A stretch of DNA of 64,000 bases from a virus (taxonomy: Duplodnaviria > Caudoviricetes). A program made the translations under genes and the position numbers. The notes under the pieces are model-generated. The model did no database searches. It was not told the DNA's origin and saw only the letters and a program-made list of their open reading frames with translations. The stretch is taken from positions 1 through 64,000 of IMG/VR virus record IMGVR_UViG_3300021431_000092; one strand, written 5' to 3'. Positions 1 through 10,186 of the stretch are shown piece by piece (position 1 is the first letter of the stretch; every line of letters starts with the position of its first letter).

Positions 1-109
1 TCTGGATGCACGTCCGGCGCTCTGGATGCACGTCCGGCGCTCTGGATGCACGTCCGGCGCTCTGGATGCACGTCCGGCGCTCTGGATGCACGTCCGGCGC
101 TCTGGATGC
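1..109. repeat. Perfect 20-bp tandem repeat (TCTGGATGCACGTCCGGCGC) x5 plus a partial copy; truncated by the window edge
   Basis: Identical units start at 1, 21, 41, 61 and 81; partial unit at 101-109; no spacers. Confidence 0.97.
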
Positions 110-235
110 GCCTGCAGCCGTTCACTGACACAAGCCCAGAGCGTTCACTTTCACCAGATCTGCGTTCACAATCACAACGGAAGCGGCGAAAACATCCAAA
201 AAAAATTGTGTTCATTTTCTTATCAAGATCTTGAC

Positions 236-272
236 AACAAAAAAACGTCCGGCGAAAAATCGCCGGACGTTT
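236..272 (-). terminator. Intrinsic terminator of the 293..1474 gene
   Basis: 13-bp perfect stem AAACGTCCGGCGA/TCGCCGGACGTTT (243-272) followed by a T-run on the - strand, 20 nt after the stop. Confidence 0.8.
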
Positions 273-292
273 ACTATCACAATCCGAAATTT

Positions 293-1474
293 TCAGTAAT
301 CAATCATAATTCTGTCAAGCTCATACGCCGTTTCTTCAACTTCCGAAAACTTCCGGAAAATTTCGTGATATTCAGACTCTTTTCTTTTCGCCGTTTCGAC
401 TCTTCCGATAAATTCGATGTATGCAGCACGCGCCCTATCTGTCATTTCTGCAAGTCGTTTTCTTGTTTCATCCGCTTTCTGCTTTCTGATTCTCACAAGT
501 TCTACCCTATCAGATGCCTTGAAGTATACCGAAGGAATATCAATAGTTTTGATATGCGGAACGGTTGCAAACTGTTTCCGGATAATTTCGCCGGATTTGG
601 TATCCGTCCGGATAACGTCAGCATAGCCGGAAGTACCAAAAAGAGAAACAGAGGATACACCGTCCGGACGGAAAACGTCCGCAATAGTTTCACTAAGTGC
701 AAATTCAGCGCCGGACGTTCCGACAACAGCAAGTGTCTTTGCCTGAATTTGTTTCAGTGTTTTTGCAACAGCTTGTTTACTACGTCCAAAATAACTAGCA
801 ATTGCTTGAATGCCGTAACCTTTAAGCCGCAATTTCAGGACTTGACTTTGTGTATCTGTCAAATTGAGACTTGCAACAAGTTCATTCATATTATGAACCA
901 TTGCATTTTTAGCCGTTCCGTCATCATCAATTACTGTATTATCTCTATCAATTCGATAATACAGCCCGTCCGTGTTTTCGTCTGCAATATAGCAATATTT
1001 CAGACTTGCAGCTTGCACACTGCGATTGCTTGCAACGCCGTCACGAATTGCACGGTATACTTGAGTAATGGGTGCAATTTCAATCTGTTTCATTTTCGCT
1101 GATTTTTCGGAATTGATAACTACACGTTTATCCAGTGTTTCAACGGTATACGGCAATTCAAACCAATTCGCTGGAAGTGTTTCGCCATGTCGACCATGGG
1201 CTTTCTCAATCTCTTCAAGGATTGCAACACAACCACAAGATACAAGCTCAAACCCGTCGCCCGTTCCGGTTGCAACGTCAATTCGCAGTTGTCGGATAAT
1301 TTCGACATGACTTCCGGTTTTTTCAAGTTTGCTAAGGACAGAAAAAGCAAGCATCTTTGCGGTATCGGTCACGATATGACCAAAGCAAATAGGGCGTGTT
1401 CTCTCTGCATGTTCAAAGCCTTGCAGACGACGTGCAAAAGACGTCAATTTGTTTGTGTTTTCGTGTTTTTTCAT
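293..1474 (-). CDS. Protein with a sigma-70 region 4/LuxR-like HTH (putative phage transcription factor)
   Basis: 393-aa ORF with AAAGGA RBS; LTDTQSQVLKLRLKGYGIQAIASYFGRSKQAVAKTL HTH pattern. Confidence 0.65.
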   Translation of the reverse strand: MKKHENTNKLTSFARRLQGFEHAERTRPICFGHIVTDTAKMLAFSVLSKLEKTGSHVEIIRQLRIDVATGTGDGFELVSCGCVAILEEIEKAHGRHGETLPANWFELPYTVETLDKRVVINSEKSAKMKQIEIAPITQVYRAIRDGVASNRSVQAASLKYCYIADENTDGLYYRIDRDNTVIDDDGTAKNAMVHNMNELVASLNLTDTQSQVLKLRLKGYGIQAIASYFGRSKQAVAKTLKQIQAKTLAVVGTSGAEFALSETIADVFRPDGVSSVSLFGTSGYADVIRTDTKSGEIIRKQFATVPHIKTIDIPSVYFKASDRVELVRIRKQKADETRKRLAEMTDRARAAYIEFIGRVETAKRKESEYHEIFRKFSEVEETAYELDRIMIDY

Positions 1475-2451
1475 GGTTTTTTCCTTTCTCCAAATAGGCG
1501 GAACGTGTTGTTATCAGCACTTTTTATTTGTGCTGTCAACCCTATAATAAAGGATTTTCAGCAAAAATGCAATGCATGATTAAACACTTAAAGCGTAAAA
1601 TGTTAGCAAATGCGGAGATTCCGGAAGTTTATTAAATTTTGGTTACAGATTGTAACTTAATTTAATTTCAATCCGTTTATTATCACAACCGGATAGCTTA
1701 ATTCGATTTTAGGTTATATTTTAACCTGATTTTTCAGCTATCTTTTAACGTCTTAAATTATAGCTTTAAGACTTTATTTAAGCCCATATTATCATATTTG
1801 GCAAGAAAGACCGGAATCCGGGTACCCATGTCACTCCCTCTCCCAAGCCGTCTCCCCAAATCTCCTCTCTCCACATTTTCAACAATCCAAAAGTGCAACA
1901 GGGTGAATTAAAATGTGACAAATATATCATACTTTCTATTTAGAGATTGTTCTAAATAGATATGCTTTTCTTTGGCTTTTGTTAATTATGGGGAGACTTT
2001 TGACAGTTTTAATCATCCTTTCTTTTACAGTCTCACCACACCCTCAACTGTCTCCGCTCTCGTGTCGTCTGATAACCGGTAGCCACTTGCCAACAACATC
2101 ACAGTTTGACTACTGGCTACGACGACATTCGAGCTCTGAACTTTTTTGTATTTTCTTGTCCAACTTTGATCTTCTCTTGGATATTATGTAGTAGATGGTG
2201 TTGAGTATGAGAGATAACCAGAGAAAAAGAAAGGAAGATTTACTACTTTGAGGGAGTGTTCTTGGTGAGAAAATCATGCTTTTTGTACCTCTCCGAGAAC
2301 GTCATTTTTAAGTTTATTCTTTGCACCTTTTTCCTCTTAAGGGAGCGTTTTTGAAAAGCTAGCTGTTAGGTCGTTTTTAGGGTGCATTTTTTCAATTTTA
2401 CCAGATTTGTTCTGGTAAAATCATCACGATTTTTTGGAGGATTGTAAGTTT

Positions 2452-3690
2452 ATGATTAAGGTTTGCGATGCGATTATGGGCAGTGGGAAATCCTCTGCCG
2501 CGATACGTTATATGAACGAGAATCCGACTGAGCGGTTCATCTATATAACACCGTACATTAAGGAAGCTGATCGCATACAGCGTGCATGTACACACTGTAA
2601 CTTTGCTCGTCCTTCTGATAAGATCCCTGAATACGGGTTTAGCATTTGCGGTCATACAGCGGCTCTCATAAAGGATGGGCGCAATATCTCAACAACACAT
2701 CAGGCTTTCCGGTTTTACACAAAGGAGATGCTTCACGATATTAAGGAACAGGGCTACATTCTTCTGGTTGATGAGAATATTGATATGATGGAAGAGATGA
2801 AGCTTAACCTTGGAGACCTTGAGATGTGTATAGCGGCTGGGTACGTAAAGAGAGACGGAGATAGGATTACGCTTGCGCGAGACGACTATGCAGGCGGCAT
2901 GAAGGAACTCAAGCAATTCTTCGGGCTTCTGAGGAGCAGGGATCTTATGTGTTTGAGCGATACGGATTCGAGCATGCTTTACTACTGGGTGCTCCCAAAG
3001 GATCTGTTCACAGCATTTAAGGATGTTATTATTATGACGTATTTGTTCGACGGGCAGGAGATACATCACTTCTTAAGACTGAACGAGCTCCAGTATACGT
3101 TCATCCATGTTGATAGGGATGAACGCGGGTTCTTCTTTACAAACAGCAAGGGTTATGTTCCAGAGTACACAAAGTCGCTTCGCAAGAAGATTCATATTTT
3201 GGATAACGAGAAGCTGAACGCTATTGGAAAACATACGCACTCGCTATCACACTCTTGGTGTAGCAAGTCGGGTGGTAACGCTGCGATAACACAGCTTAAG
3301 AAGAATATATATAACTTCTTCCACAACTACACAAAAGCAAAGGGTTCTGAGCGTATGTGGGGAAGTTTCGCAAACGCAAGAGGTAAGCTTCGCGGAGAGG
3401 GGTATACGAAGTCGTTCGTCTCGTTCAACGAGCGGGCAACTAACGAGTATAGCTCACGCACAACGCTTGTGTACGCAGTAAATGTTTACATGAATGTTCC
3501 GAAGAAGCTTTACTTCCAGTCGCATGGGATCGATGTGAATGAGGATGTGTATGCATTATCAACAATGGTTCAGTGGATATGGCGTTCTGCGATTCGTAAC
3601 GGCAATGATATTGAGATCTACATCCCAAGCAGAAGAATGAGAACTCTGCTTATTAATTGGATGGATGAACTCGCGAGAGGAGGTGTTTAA
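2452..3690 (+). CDS. P-loop NTPase / helicase-like protein (SPbeta YonV-like)
   Basis: GGAGG RBS; N-terminal DAIMGSGKS Walker A, LLVDE Walker B, C-terminal QWIWRSAIR motif; lies upstream of the YonO-like gene. Confidence 0.75.
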   Translation: MIKVCDAIMGSGKSSAAIRYMNENPTERFIYITPYIKEADRIQRACTHCNFARPSDKIPEYGFSICGHTAALIKDGRNISTTHQAFRFYTKEMLHDIKEQGYILLVDENIDMMEEMKLNLGDLEMCIAAGYVKRDGDRITLARDDYAGGMKELKQFFGLLRSRDLMCLSDTDSSMLYYWVLPKDLFTAFKDVIIMTYLFDGQEIHHFLRLNELQYTFIHVDRDERGFFFTNSKGYVPEYTKSLRKKIHILDNEKLNAIGKHTHSLSHSWCSKSGGNAAITQLKKNIYNFFHNYTKAKGSERMWGSFANARGKLRGEGYTKSFVSFNERATNEYSSRTTLVYAVNVYMNVPKKLYFQSHGIDVNEDVYALSTMVQWIWRSAIRNGNDIEIYIPSRRMRTLLINWMDELARGGV

Positions 3691-3692
3691 TA

Positions 3693-3866
3693 GTGAACGC
3701 TTGTGAGGAATGTTATTTTTATAATGAGTGCGGTGGCAATAGGCCGTGCAACACTTTTATTGACGGGGTTGAGCTGTTGATTCAGGCAGATGATATTGAC
3801 GCTGCTCGGAATGAGTACGAGGAGTACGCAGTAGCTTATTGGGATTATATCTCAGATGGTATGTAA
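3693..3866 (+). CDS. Small Cys-rich hypothetical protein (57 aa; below ORF-track cutoff)
   Basis: GGAGGTG RBS then GTG; MNACEECYFYNECGGNRPC...DYISDGM*; fills the gap between neighbouring genes. Confidence 0.7.
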   Translation: MNACEECYFYNECGGNRPCNTFIDGVELLIQADDIDAARNEYEEYAVAYWDYISDGM

Positions 3867-3898
3867 TCTGATATGGATGTTAAAATGAGGGTGGTATT

Positions 3899-6625
3899 AT
3901 TTCTAAACAGTTTGAATGTCAGAGGTTCGTGTTCAAAATACACAGTTCAAGATTGCGGAGCAGTAAGTGGAATCTTACGCTCCCTCTCGCTGAGGCCAGA
4001 AAGAATGATGAGATAATCTCTCTTGCTTCGTCTCAGGTGCTTCGATGGATAGACGAACTGAACGGAGTTACTGATGCAGACGCAAGAGCTCGTGAGATTA
4101 AGACTGAAATCAAAAGGTTAAGAAGAGAAGAACAGTCTCAGGGTGTTGCGAGATCCATCAAGAAGCTATACGCAGATCTTGATAGGCTTCAGTTCAAGCC
4201 AGACTACATGTGTCTGGTTATTGATAAGAACAGCGATTACATACGAGCCTGTAGGGGGTTTAGCATTAACGGAGTAAAGTATACAAGATTGTTAGGAACC
4301 CCCGGCGGCATTAAAATGTCAACCATAGTTTTCGTGAGCGAACGGCTATCTAGCGAATTAAGACGGCGTATCTCGAACGATCGTAACCAAGAGAAGGCGT
4401 TTATACCTGCGAAGCTTGAAGCGTATAGGGCATTGACGTGCAGTGCGTCAACTCCAGTTCGTATGCCTCGCGGAGTTCTCGTTGTGAACGATATTGAGCT
4501 GACGTTTGATGACAATGTTATTAGCCTATCCAATGAGGGTGGTGTACCCGTAATCTCAGAGCCTCATATTGAGCCGGTAACGGTAACTGCATCGGACGGG
4601 TGTGGCATGATACTTCCTTCTCTCGCGGAGTTGTGGAGTGAGGACTTGAGACTATCGTACACACTTTCTGGTTGTTGTATTCGTATGGCTTGGACAAAAG
4701 GTATGGTTTACACGTTTCCTTTTGATGAGTTTGCGGAACACGTAGCTGGACGGTATGTTGTAAAAGATGCGTGGGGAGACGACGTTGATATCAGAGACGT
4801 TGATCTTGTGCTTCCTGTGTCGATGGTGAAGCTTTGGGACAGCTATAGTAGCTGTGCTGAGTGGCTGGATGCATCCAAAAGAAATGGGTATACGTTTGCT
4901 GTTACAAAGGTCTGCGCGAAAGAGCTCGAATCTGAGCGTGCGCTCAACTATCAGTTTGAGCAGGTGTTTGATTTGACCGAAGAAGATGTTGACGAGCTTG
5001 TCGCCCCAACAATTGATGAGATAAACGGGGCGTTGTGTGGTGATTGGGCTAAGACAGTTTTGTATCTAAAAGGAACTGGGCTCAATGAGCAGAACGTACT
5101 TAATCTGGATAATGACTGGCAAAAGGCTCTTATGGTTGAACCAAGGCTGATTGACGATCCGTTTGTTAGGTCGAGCATATACAGCTTAATAAAGAAGCGA
5201 ATAGACGAAGCAAAGGTTGGTGTACTTAAAGTTCATGGCAACTACTCAACGGCCAGTGGAGATCTATACGCTTTGTGTCAAGGAATGTTTGGTATGGAAA
5301 TCACAGGGCTTCTCAAGGCCGGAGAGATATACAATCATTTCTGGGCGGATACGGACGCAGAAGAGTTACTCGCATTTAGAGCACCTATGAGTTGTGCGGA
5401 GAACGCAAGGCGTGTCATACCATCCAGAGATGAAGATGTGCTTCGATGGTTTAGATATATGACTGCGTGTACCGTTGTGAGTGCTCATGATAATATGATG
5501 GGCGCGTTAAATGGAATGGATTTCGACGGGGATTTGGTCATGCTAACAGATAATCCGGTTCTTTTGCGTAGACAAATTCCACTACCGACGCTGATGTGTG
5601 CGCAGAAGAAAGGAGAAAAGAAGATACCAACAGAAGAAGACTTTATTCGTTCAAATATAGCAAGCTTTGGAAATGATGTTGGTTCTATTACAAATAAGGG
5701 AACTTCGATGTATGAGGTTGCTTCGAAGTTCGATAAATCCTCCGAAGAGTATGCTGAACTGCGGTACAGGATTCGCGGAATTCAGGCGATACAGCAGGAG
5801 GCCATAGACAAAGCAAAAGGCATCGTAGCAACACCGATGCCGAGATGCTGGTATGATAGACACGCGATAGGCGGAGATATGACAGAAGAGAATAAGAAGT
5901 TCCTTAGGTCGATCGTTGCGGATCGTAAGCCATACTTCATGAGATATATTTATCCTAGTCTTTCTAAAGAGTATACTAAATATATCAGAGACACAAATAA
6001 AAATGCGATGCGCAGGTTTAGAATGTCTGTTGATGAATTGATGTCTATGCCAAGTAAAGATCTGACGGATCAACAGTTGGAGTTTCTCCAGAGATATAGA
6101 TATTATATGCCGGTCGGTACTGGGGATTGCACGATGAATCGTATATGCAGAAGAGTAGAGAGAGAGTATGATAAGGTGTTATCCAAGAAGAGGGATGAGG
6201 TTCCGTTTGATTATACGATTCTTAGAGGTGATTCTGATTATTCTGTTTCTCATATGAGAGCTATAAAAAGACTTATGGAGGAGTACGATAAGATAGTGAG
6301 AGATCGAGTAATAGCTGCCGAGAGAACCAGAGTAAAGAAAGAAGACAGGATTGCTAACGCTCAATTGCTCGACGACATTTTTAGAGAAGCGTGTACATCT
6401 GCGTGTCCAAACAAAGAGGAGCTGTGTGAAATACTTATCGACCTATGTTATACAAAAGAAAAGTCAAAACAATTTGTGTGGAGAATGTGTGGAGATGATA
6501 TCGTGAAAAAACTCATGAAGAAAAATAAATCGATCCAGTTCCCGACAAAGAGCGATGGCGGCGGCGTCGAGTGGATGTCTGAAAGTTTTGAGGTTGCTTC
6601 TGTGCAAGTGGATGTGGTAGAGTGA
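3899..6625 (+). CDS. yonO: YonO-like single-subunit (RdRP-fold, double-psi beta-barrel) DNA-dependent RNA polymerase; start probably ATT 3899 (ORF track: GTG 3929)
   Basis: About 900 aa; catalytic NGMDFDGD motif; ASDGCGMI, FRAPMS and QEAIDKAKG motifs typical of the RdRP/YonO family; upstream of the late genes. Confidence 0.88.
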   Translation: MSKQFECQRFVFKIHSSRLRSSKWNLTLPLAEARKNDEIISLASSQVLRWIDELNGVTDADARAREIKTEIKRLRREEQSQGVARSIKKLYADLDRLQFKPDYMCLVIDKNSDYIRACRGFSINGVKYTRLLGTPGGIKMSTIVFVSERLSSELRRRISNDRNQEKAFIPAKLEAYRALTCSASTPVRMPRGVLVVNDIELTFDDNVISLSNEGGVPVISEPHIEPVTVTASDGCGMILPSLAELWSEDLRLSYTLSGCCIRMAWTKGMVYTFPFDEFAEHVAGRYVVKDAWGDDVDIRDVDLVLPVSMVKLWDSYSSCAEWLDASKRNGYTFAVTKVCAKELESERALNYQFEQVFDLTEEDVDELVAPTIDEINGALCGDWAKTVLYLKGTGLNEQNVLNLDNDWQKALMVEPRLIDDPFVRSSIYSLIKKRIDEAKVGVLKVHGNYSTASGDLYALCQGMFGMEITGLLKAGEIYNHFWADTDAEELLAFRAPMSCAENARRVIPSRDEDVLRWFRYMTACTVVSAHDNMMGALNGMDFDGDLVMLTDNPVLLRRQIPLPTLMCAQKKGEKKIPTEEDFIRSNIASFGNDVGSITNKGTSMYEVASKFDKSSEEYAELRYRIRGIQAIQQEAIDKAKGIVATPMPRCWYDRHAIGGDMTEENKKFLRSIVADRKPYFMRYIYPSLSKEYTKYIRDTNKNAMRRFRMSVDELMSMPSKDLTDQQLEFLQRYRYYMPVGTGDCTMNRICRRVEREYDKVLSKKRDEVPFDYTILRGDSDYSVSHMRAIKRLMEEYDKIVRDRVIAAERTRVKKEDRIANAQLLDDIFREACTSACPNKEELCEILIDLCYTKEKSKQFVWRMCGDDIVKKLMKKNKSIQFPTKSDGGGVEWMSESFEVASVQVDVVE

Positions 6626-7389
6626 GTATTATCCTTAACGAAACCCGGTGGGCAAAAGACGCCATCGATAATAGTGATCTTGGAAAGGATCCATATGAAA
6701 CACTCAAGAGGGTGGCTAGATACTATTTTGACGAGGGACACTCTCGTGAACAGGTTAAACTTCTTTTGGATGGTTTTTTGATTTCGTGCGATCCGTCTGT
6801 GTCTACTGTAAAGTGGACACAGACAATCGGGAGCGCAATATCATACGCAAACAAACATAATGCAATAAATATTGGATCAATAGCCATCACCGAATCCGAA
6901 CTCAACAAGATCAAGTCTGCTGGCGTTGGTCGTATGGCAGAAAGGCTTGCGTTCGCATTGTTGTGTCTGGCAAAGTATTGGTGCTTAGTTTCTTCCGGAG
7001 ATACCGGATGGGTATATAATAATGATTCGGATATTATGAAGATGGCGAATATTAAGACATCCATAAAGAGGCAGTGTATGTTATATAACGACTTAGTGGA
7101 ATGCGGCTTAATATCTTTGCCTCATAAGATAGATTGTATGAATGTAAAAGTGAACTTTATAGATAATGAATCGCCTACTGCGATTGAAATATGCGACTTT
7201 CGCAATCTCGGCAATCAATACCTTATGTATATAGGAGAGCCGTTTTTTAGATGCGCAGAGTGCGGTACCGTAGAGAAGAGAAATGCTGTTTCAAGAGGAA
7301 GAAAGCAAAAGTATTGCATGAAGTGCGCCGCTCAAGTGAAGACTAGGCAGAGCGTTGAGGCCGTGATTCGAGGAAGACTTCGCGTATAG
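6622..7389 (+). CDS. Phage hypothetical protein with C-terminal Zn ribbon (CAEC...CMKC), coupled to the RNAP gene
   Basis: 255 aa; GTGA overlap with the RNAP stop codon. Confidence 0.75.
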   Translation: MSIILNETRWAKDAIDNSDLGKDPYETLKRVARYYFDEGHSREQVKLLLDGFLISCDPSVSTVKWTQTIGSAISYANKHNAINIGSIAITESELNKIKSAGVGRMAERLAFALLCLAKYWCLVSSGDTGWVYNNDSDIMKMANIKTSIKRQCMLYNDLVECGLISLPHKIDCMNVKVNFIDNESPTAIEICDFRNLGNQYLMYIGEPFFRCAECGTVEKRNAVSRGRKQKYCMKCAAQVKTRQSVEAVIRGRLRV

Positions 7390-7620
7390 CATATCGATAT
7401 ATGTGACGTAGATACGTGTTAAACAATGAAATGTTGGAAAAAATAAATGCGTTTTCTTCATCAAATCATGTGTATAAAAGCGCGTATCTACGTCATTTTC
7501 GGACGCACGAATTTGAACAAAACGTCCTCGTTAGGCGTGCTATTATTAGGTAGGAAGAGTGGGCTCATAACGCTCTTGATTTCCCACCATAATCATTTAT
7601 TTGAAAGGTTGTATGTTTTA

Positions 7621-7797
7621 ATGTTGGCTATTACAAAATTTGAGGCTTCCGAACTTCGCCGTCGTTGTCCGAATGTTCATATCGTCCGGACTATGAGACA
7701 GAAGTCGCGTCGTGGCAATTATTTTTGCGAAGAGACAGTTGCGGCGATTCGCGTTATTAAGGAGCTGCGGTCTGGCGAGATCAGTGACGTTGAATGA
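7621..7797 (+). CDS. Small basic hypothetical protein (58 aa)
   Basis: GAAAGGT RBS before ATG 7621 (MLAITKFE...); overlaps the start of the next gene. Confidence 0.6.
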   Translation: MLAITKFEASELRRRCPNVHIVRTMRQKSRRGNYFCEETVAAIRVIKELRSGEISDVE

Positions 7798-9008
7798 ATA
7801 TAATGCTTGCTCGTCAGCAAGGGGAAACAGATCTGCAATATCATCGTCGTCTTGTGTACGGTAAGCTTGTTGATAAAACGCTTTCCGATGTAGACTATAC
7901 AGAGTTGGCAGAGGCTATCTACGGGCAACCATACGCTCCTGATGTTGCAAGAAGAATGGCATATGGTAGTCGAAGAACTCTTGATCTTATAGCAAAAGAA
8001 GGTCTTGCTCCTGCTCAGGTGAACGATATTGACGATCGTATCGCTGAGCTTAAGATTGAGCGGCAGAAGCTTATGGATCAGAGAACAGCGTTTAATAAAT
8101 CTATCAGAGAGGTTGCGCGACAGCAGGAGTTGACTGAGATCATTGAGAGTGCTGTGAATAATGGTGCCCTTCCAAAACTTGAACCAAAAGAGCGTATTAT
8201 CTACGCATCTGATGGAACAAGGGATCTTCTTGTTAGTTTGAACGATTTGCATTTCGGTGCTGTTGTCGATAATAAATGGCGTAAGTACAATCCTGATATT
8301 TGTCGCCAAATGCTTATCGAGTATGCAGAAAAAGTTGAGCGCATCGCCGTTGAGACGGGTGCTATCAATTGTTATGTATGGAACGCCGGAGATAGTATAT
8401 CCGGATCAATTCACAAGAGTATTCAGGTGACTAACAAGGAGAATGTAATCAAACAAACATGTGGAGTGTCTGAACTTATTGCAGAGTTTCTGACGTCTAT
8501 TTCTCCGTTATTTGAAACGGTATCATATGTTTCTGTGGCCGGGAATCATAGTCGCATTGAAGCCAATAAAAAAGATGCACTTATATCGGAGCGACTTGAT
8601 AATATCACAGGTTGGTATCTTGATGCGCGTATGCGTGATGTTGCGAACGTAAGAATTATGAACGAAGCAACAATCGACGACACAATGTTTTTACTGGATA
8701 TTCGAGGAAAGAAATATTGTGGTGTTCATGGCGATTTTGATACGAGTATATCTAGTGTACAGTCGCTGAAGTCTATGTGCGAGCGCATCGGAGAATGCGA
8801 CGGGTTATACGCTGTGTTATCTGGGCACCTGCATCATAATAAGATAGACAGTGTGAACGGCGTAAAGTCAATAATGGCAGGGTCTTTCTTGGGTATGGAT
8901 GATTATTGTATTCAGCGCCGTATTTGCGGCAGACCGGAGCAGATAGTTTGTGTCTGTGATAATTCCGGTATTGTGTGCTCATACGACATTCAATTTTCTG
9001 AATCATAA
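7794..9008 (+). CDS. Calcineurin-like metallophosphoesterase (YonJ-like) with N-terminal coiled coil
   Basis: Motifs DLH, GD, GNH, HGD and GHLHH in canonical order. Confidence 0.85.
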   Translation: MNIMLARQQGETDLQYHRRLVYGKLVDKTLSDVDYTELAEAIYGQPYAPDVARRMAYGSRRTLDLIAKEGLAPAQVNDIDDRIAELKIERQKLMDQRTAFNKSIREVARQQELTEIIESAVNNGALPKLEPKERIIYASDGTRDLLVSLNDLHFGAVVDNKWRKYNPDICRQMLIEYAEKVERIAVETGAINCYVWNAGDSISGSIHKSIQVTNKENVIKQTCGVSELIAEFLTSISPLFETVSYVSVAGNHSRIEANKKDALISERLDNITGWYLDARMRDVANVRIMNEATIDDTMFLLDIRGKKYCGVHGDFDTSISSVQSLKSMCERIGECDGLYAVLSGHLHHNKIDSVNGVKSIMAGSFLGMDDYCIQRRICGRPEQIVCVCDNSGIVCSYDIQFSES

Positions 9009-9040
9009 TTCAGTGAATTGTAATTCAGAGATGATGATGT

Positions 9041-10186
9041 ATGACACGCACCGAGTATTATTTCATCCTTAAAGATAAATATCAAGATGTTGATACGTTT
9101 TCTGAGATTGAAAGGACGTTTCGAAAGGTCGAGGAGTATTTTTCTCAACACGAAAGAATAGCAATATCCGTGTCTGGCGGAAGCGATTCTGACTGCATCG
9201 TACATTTGGTATGCACTTATTTTCCTGAGTATCTTGATAAATGCAGGTTTGTCTTTTGTAACACAGGGCTTGAATATGATGCAACAAAACGACATCTTGA
9301 TGATATTGAGGAAAAATACGGGATCAAGATAGATAGAGTTAGAGGAACAAGTGTTGTTACTTCTGTGAGAAAATATGGCGTACCAATACTTAACAAATAT
9401 AAATCAAACGTCATAGATGCATATCAAAGAGGAAAGCGGTATGCGGAAAGGTATATTTTTGAGGACGGCGCTGTAAGGTATCATGTAATGACGTTTACAG
9501 AGAAGCAGAGAGAAATGGTCAGATACGCAACAAAAAATGGAATTAAGATATCGGATAAGTGCTGTGATATAAGCAAGAAGAAACCCCTTCATGATTATGA
9601 AAGGTTGCACAATATAGACCTCAACATAACCGGAGAACGGAAGGCTGAGGGTGGGCGAAGAGCAATGGCTCACAAGTCTTGCTTTGAAGAACAAAAAGGT
9701 GGAAGACATAAATTCATGCCACTTTGGTGGTGGAGCGACGACGTCAAGGAAGCTTTCAAACAGGCAGAGGGGATTAGATACTCAGACTGTTATGAAGTGT
9801 GGGGGATGTCTCGTACCGGATGTGTTGGATGTCCTTTCTCTCTTGAAATAAAACAAGATCTTGAACGAATGCAGAAGTATGAGCCAAGAATGTATAAGGC
9901 TTGTATGAATGTGTTTGGGAAATCGTATGAATTAATGGATATGTTCAGATGTCACTCGCCCGCAAGAAGAGATGGTGAGAACAATACTATGTACGGAAGA
10001 ACATACGAAGATTCACCTCTCAAGAAGAGCGTTCTTTGTGTCGAAACTGGTAAAGTGTATACTTGCATGAAAGTTGCAGCCGAAGATACCGGATGTTTTG
10101 CTACAGCAATAACTGCTGTATGTAGGGGGAAGCGAAAGACAACAGGCGGTTATCATTGGAAGTATGTAGATGCCGATTCGGAATAA
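9041..10186 (+). CDS. PAPS-reductase-family (PP-loop) protein with C-terminal NUMOD1-like DNA-binding domain
   Basis: SVSGGSDS PP-loop, CC motif, RTGCVGCP; C-terminus VLCVETGKVY...AITAVCRGKRKTTGGYHWKY. Confidence 0.8.
   Translation: MTRTEYYFILKDKYQDVDTFSEIERTFRKVEEYFSQHERIAISVSGGSDSDCIVHLVCTYFPEYLDKCRFVFCNTGLEYDATKRHLDDIEEKYGIKIDRVRGTSVVTSVRKYGVPILNKYKSNVIDAYQRGKRYAERYIFEDGAVRYHVMTFTEKQREMVRYATKNGIKISDKCCDISKKKPLHDYERLHNIDLNITGERKAEGGRRAMAHKSCFEEQKGGRHKFMPLWWWSDDVKEAFKQAEGIRYSDCYEVWGMSRTGCVGCPFSLEIKQDLERMQKYEPRMYKACMNVFGKSYELMDMFRCHSPARRDGENNTMYGRTYEDSPLKKSVLCVETGKVYTCMKVAAEDTGCFATAITAVCRGKRKTTGGYHWKYVDADSE

Noticed and set aside
1-109. CRISPR array
   Set aside because: Units are contiguous with no spacers, and no cas genes are present.
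26-1102. 358-aa + strand ORF
   Set aside because: Antisense shadow of the HTH gene; it starts within the tandem repeat and has implausible composition.
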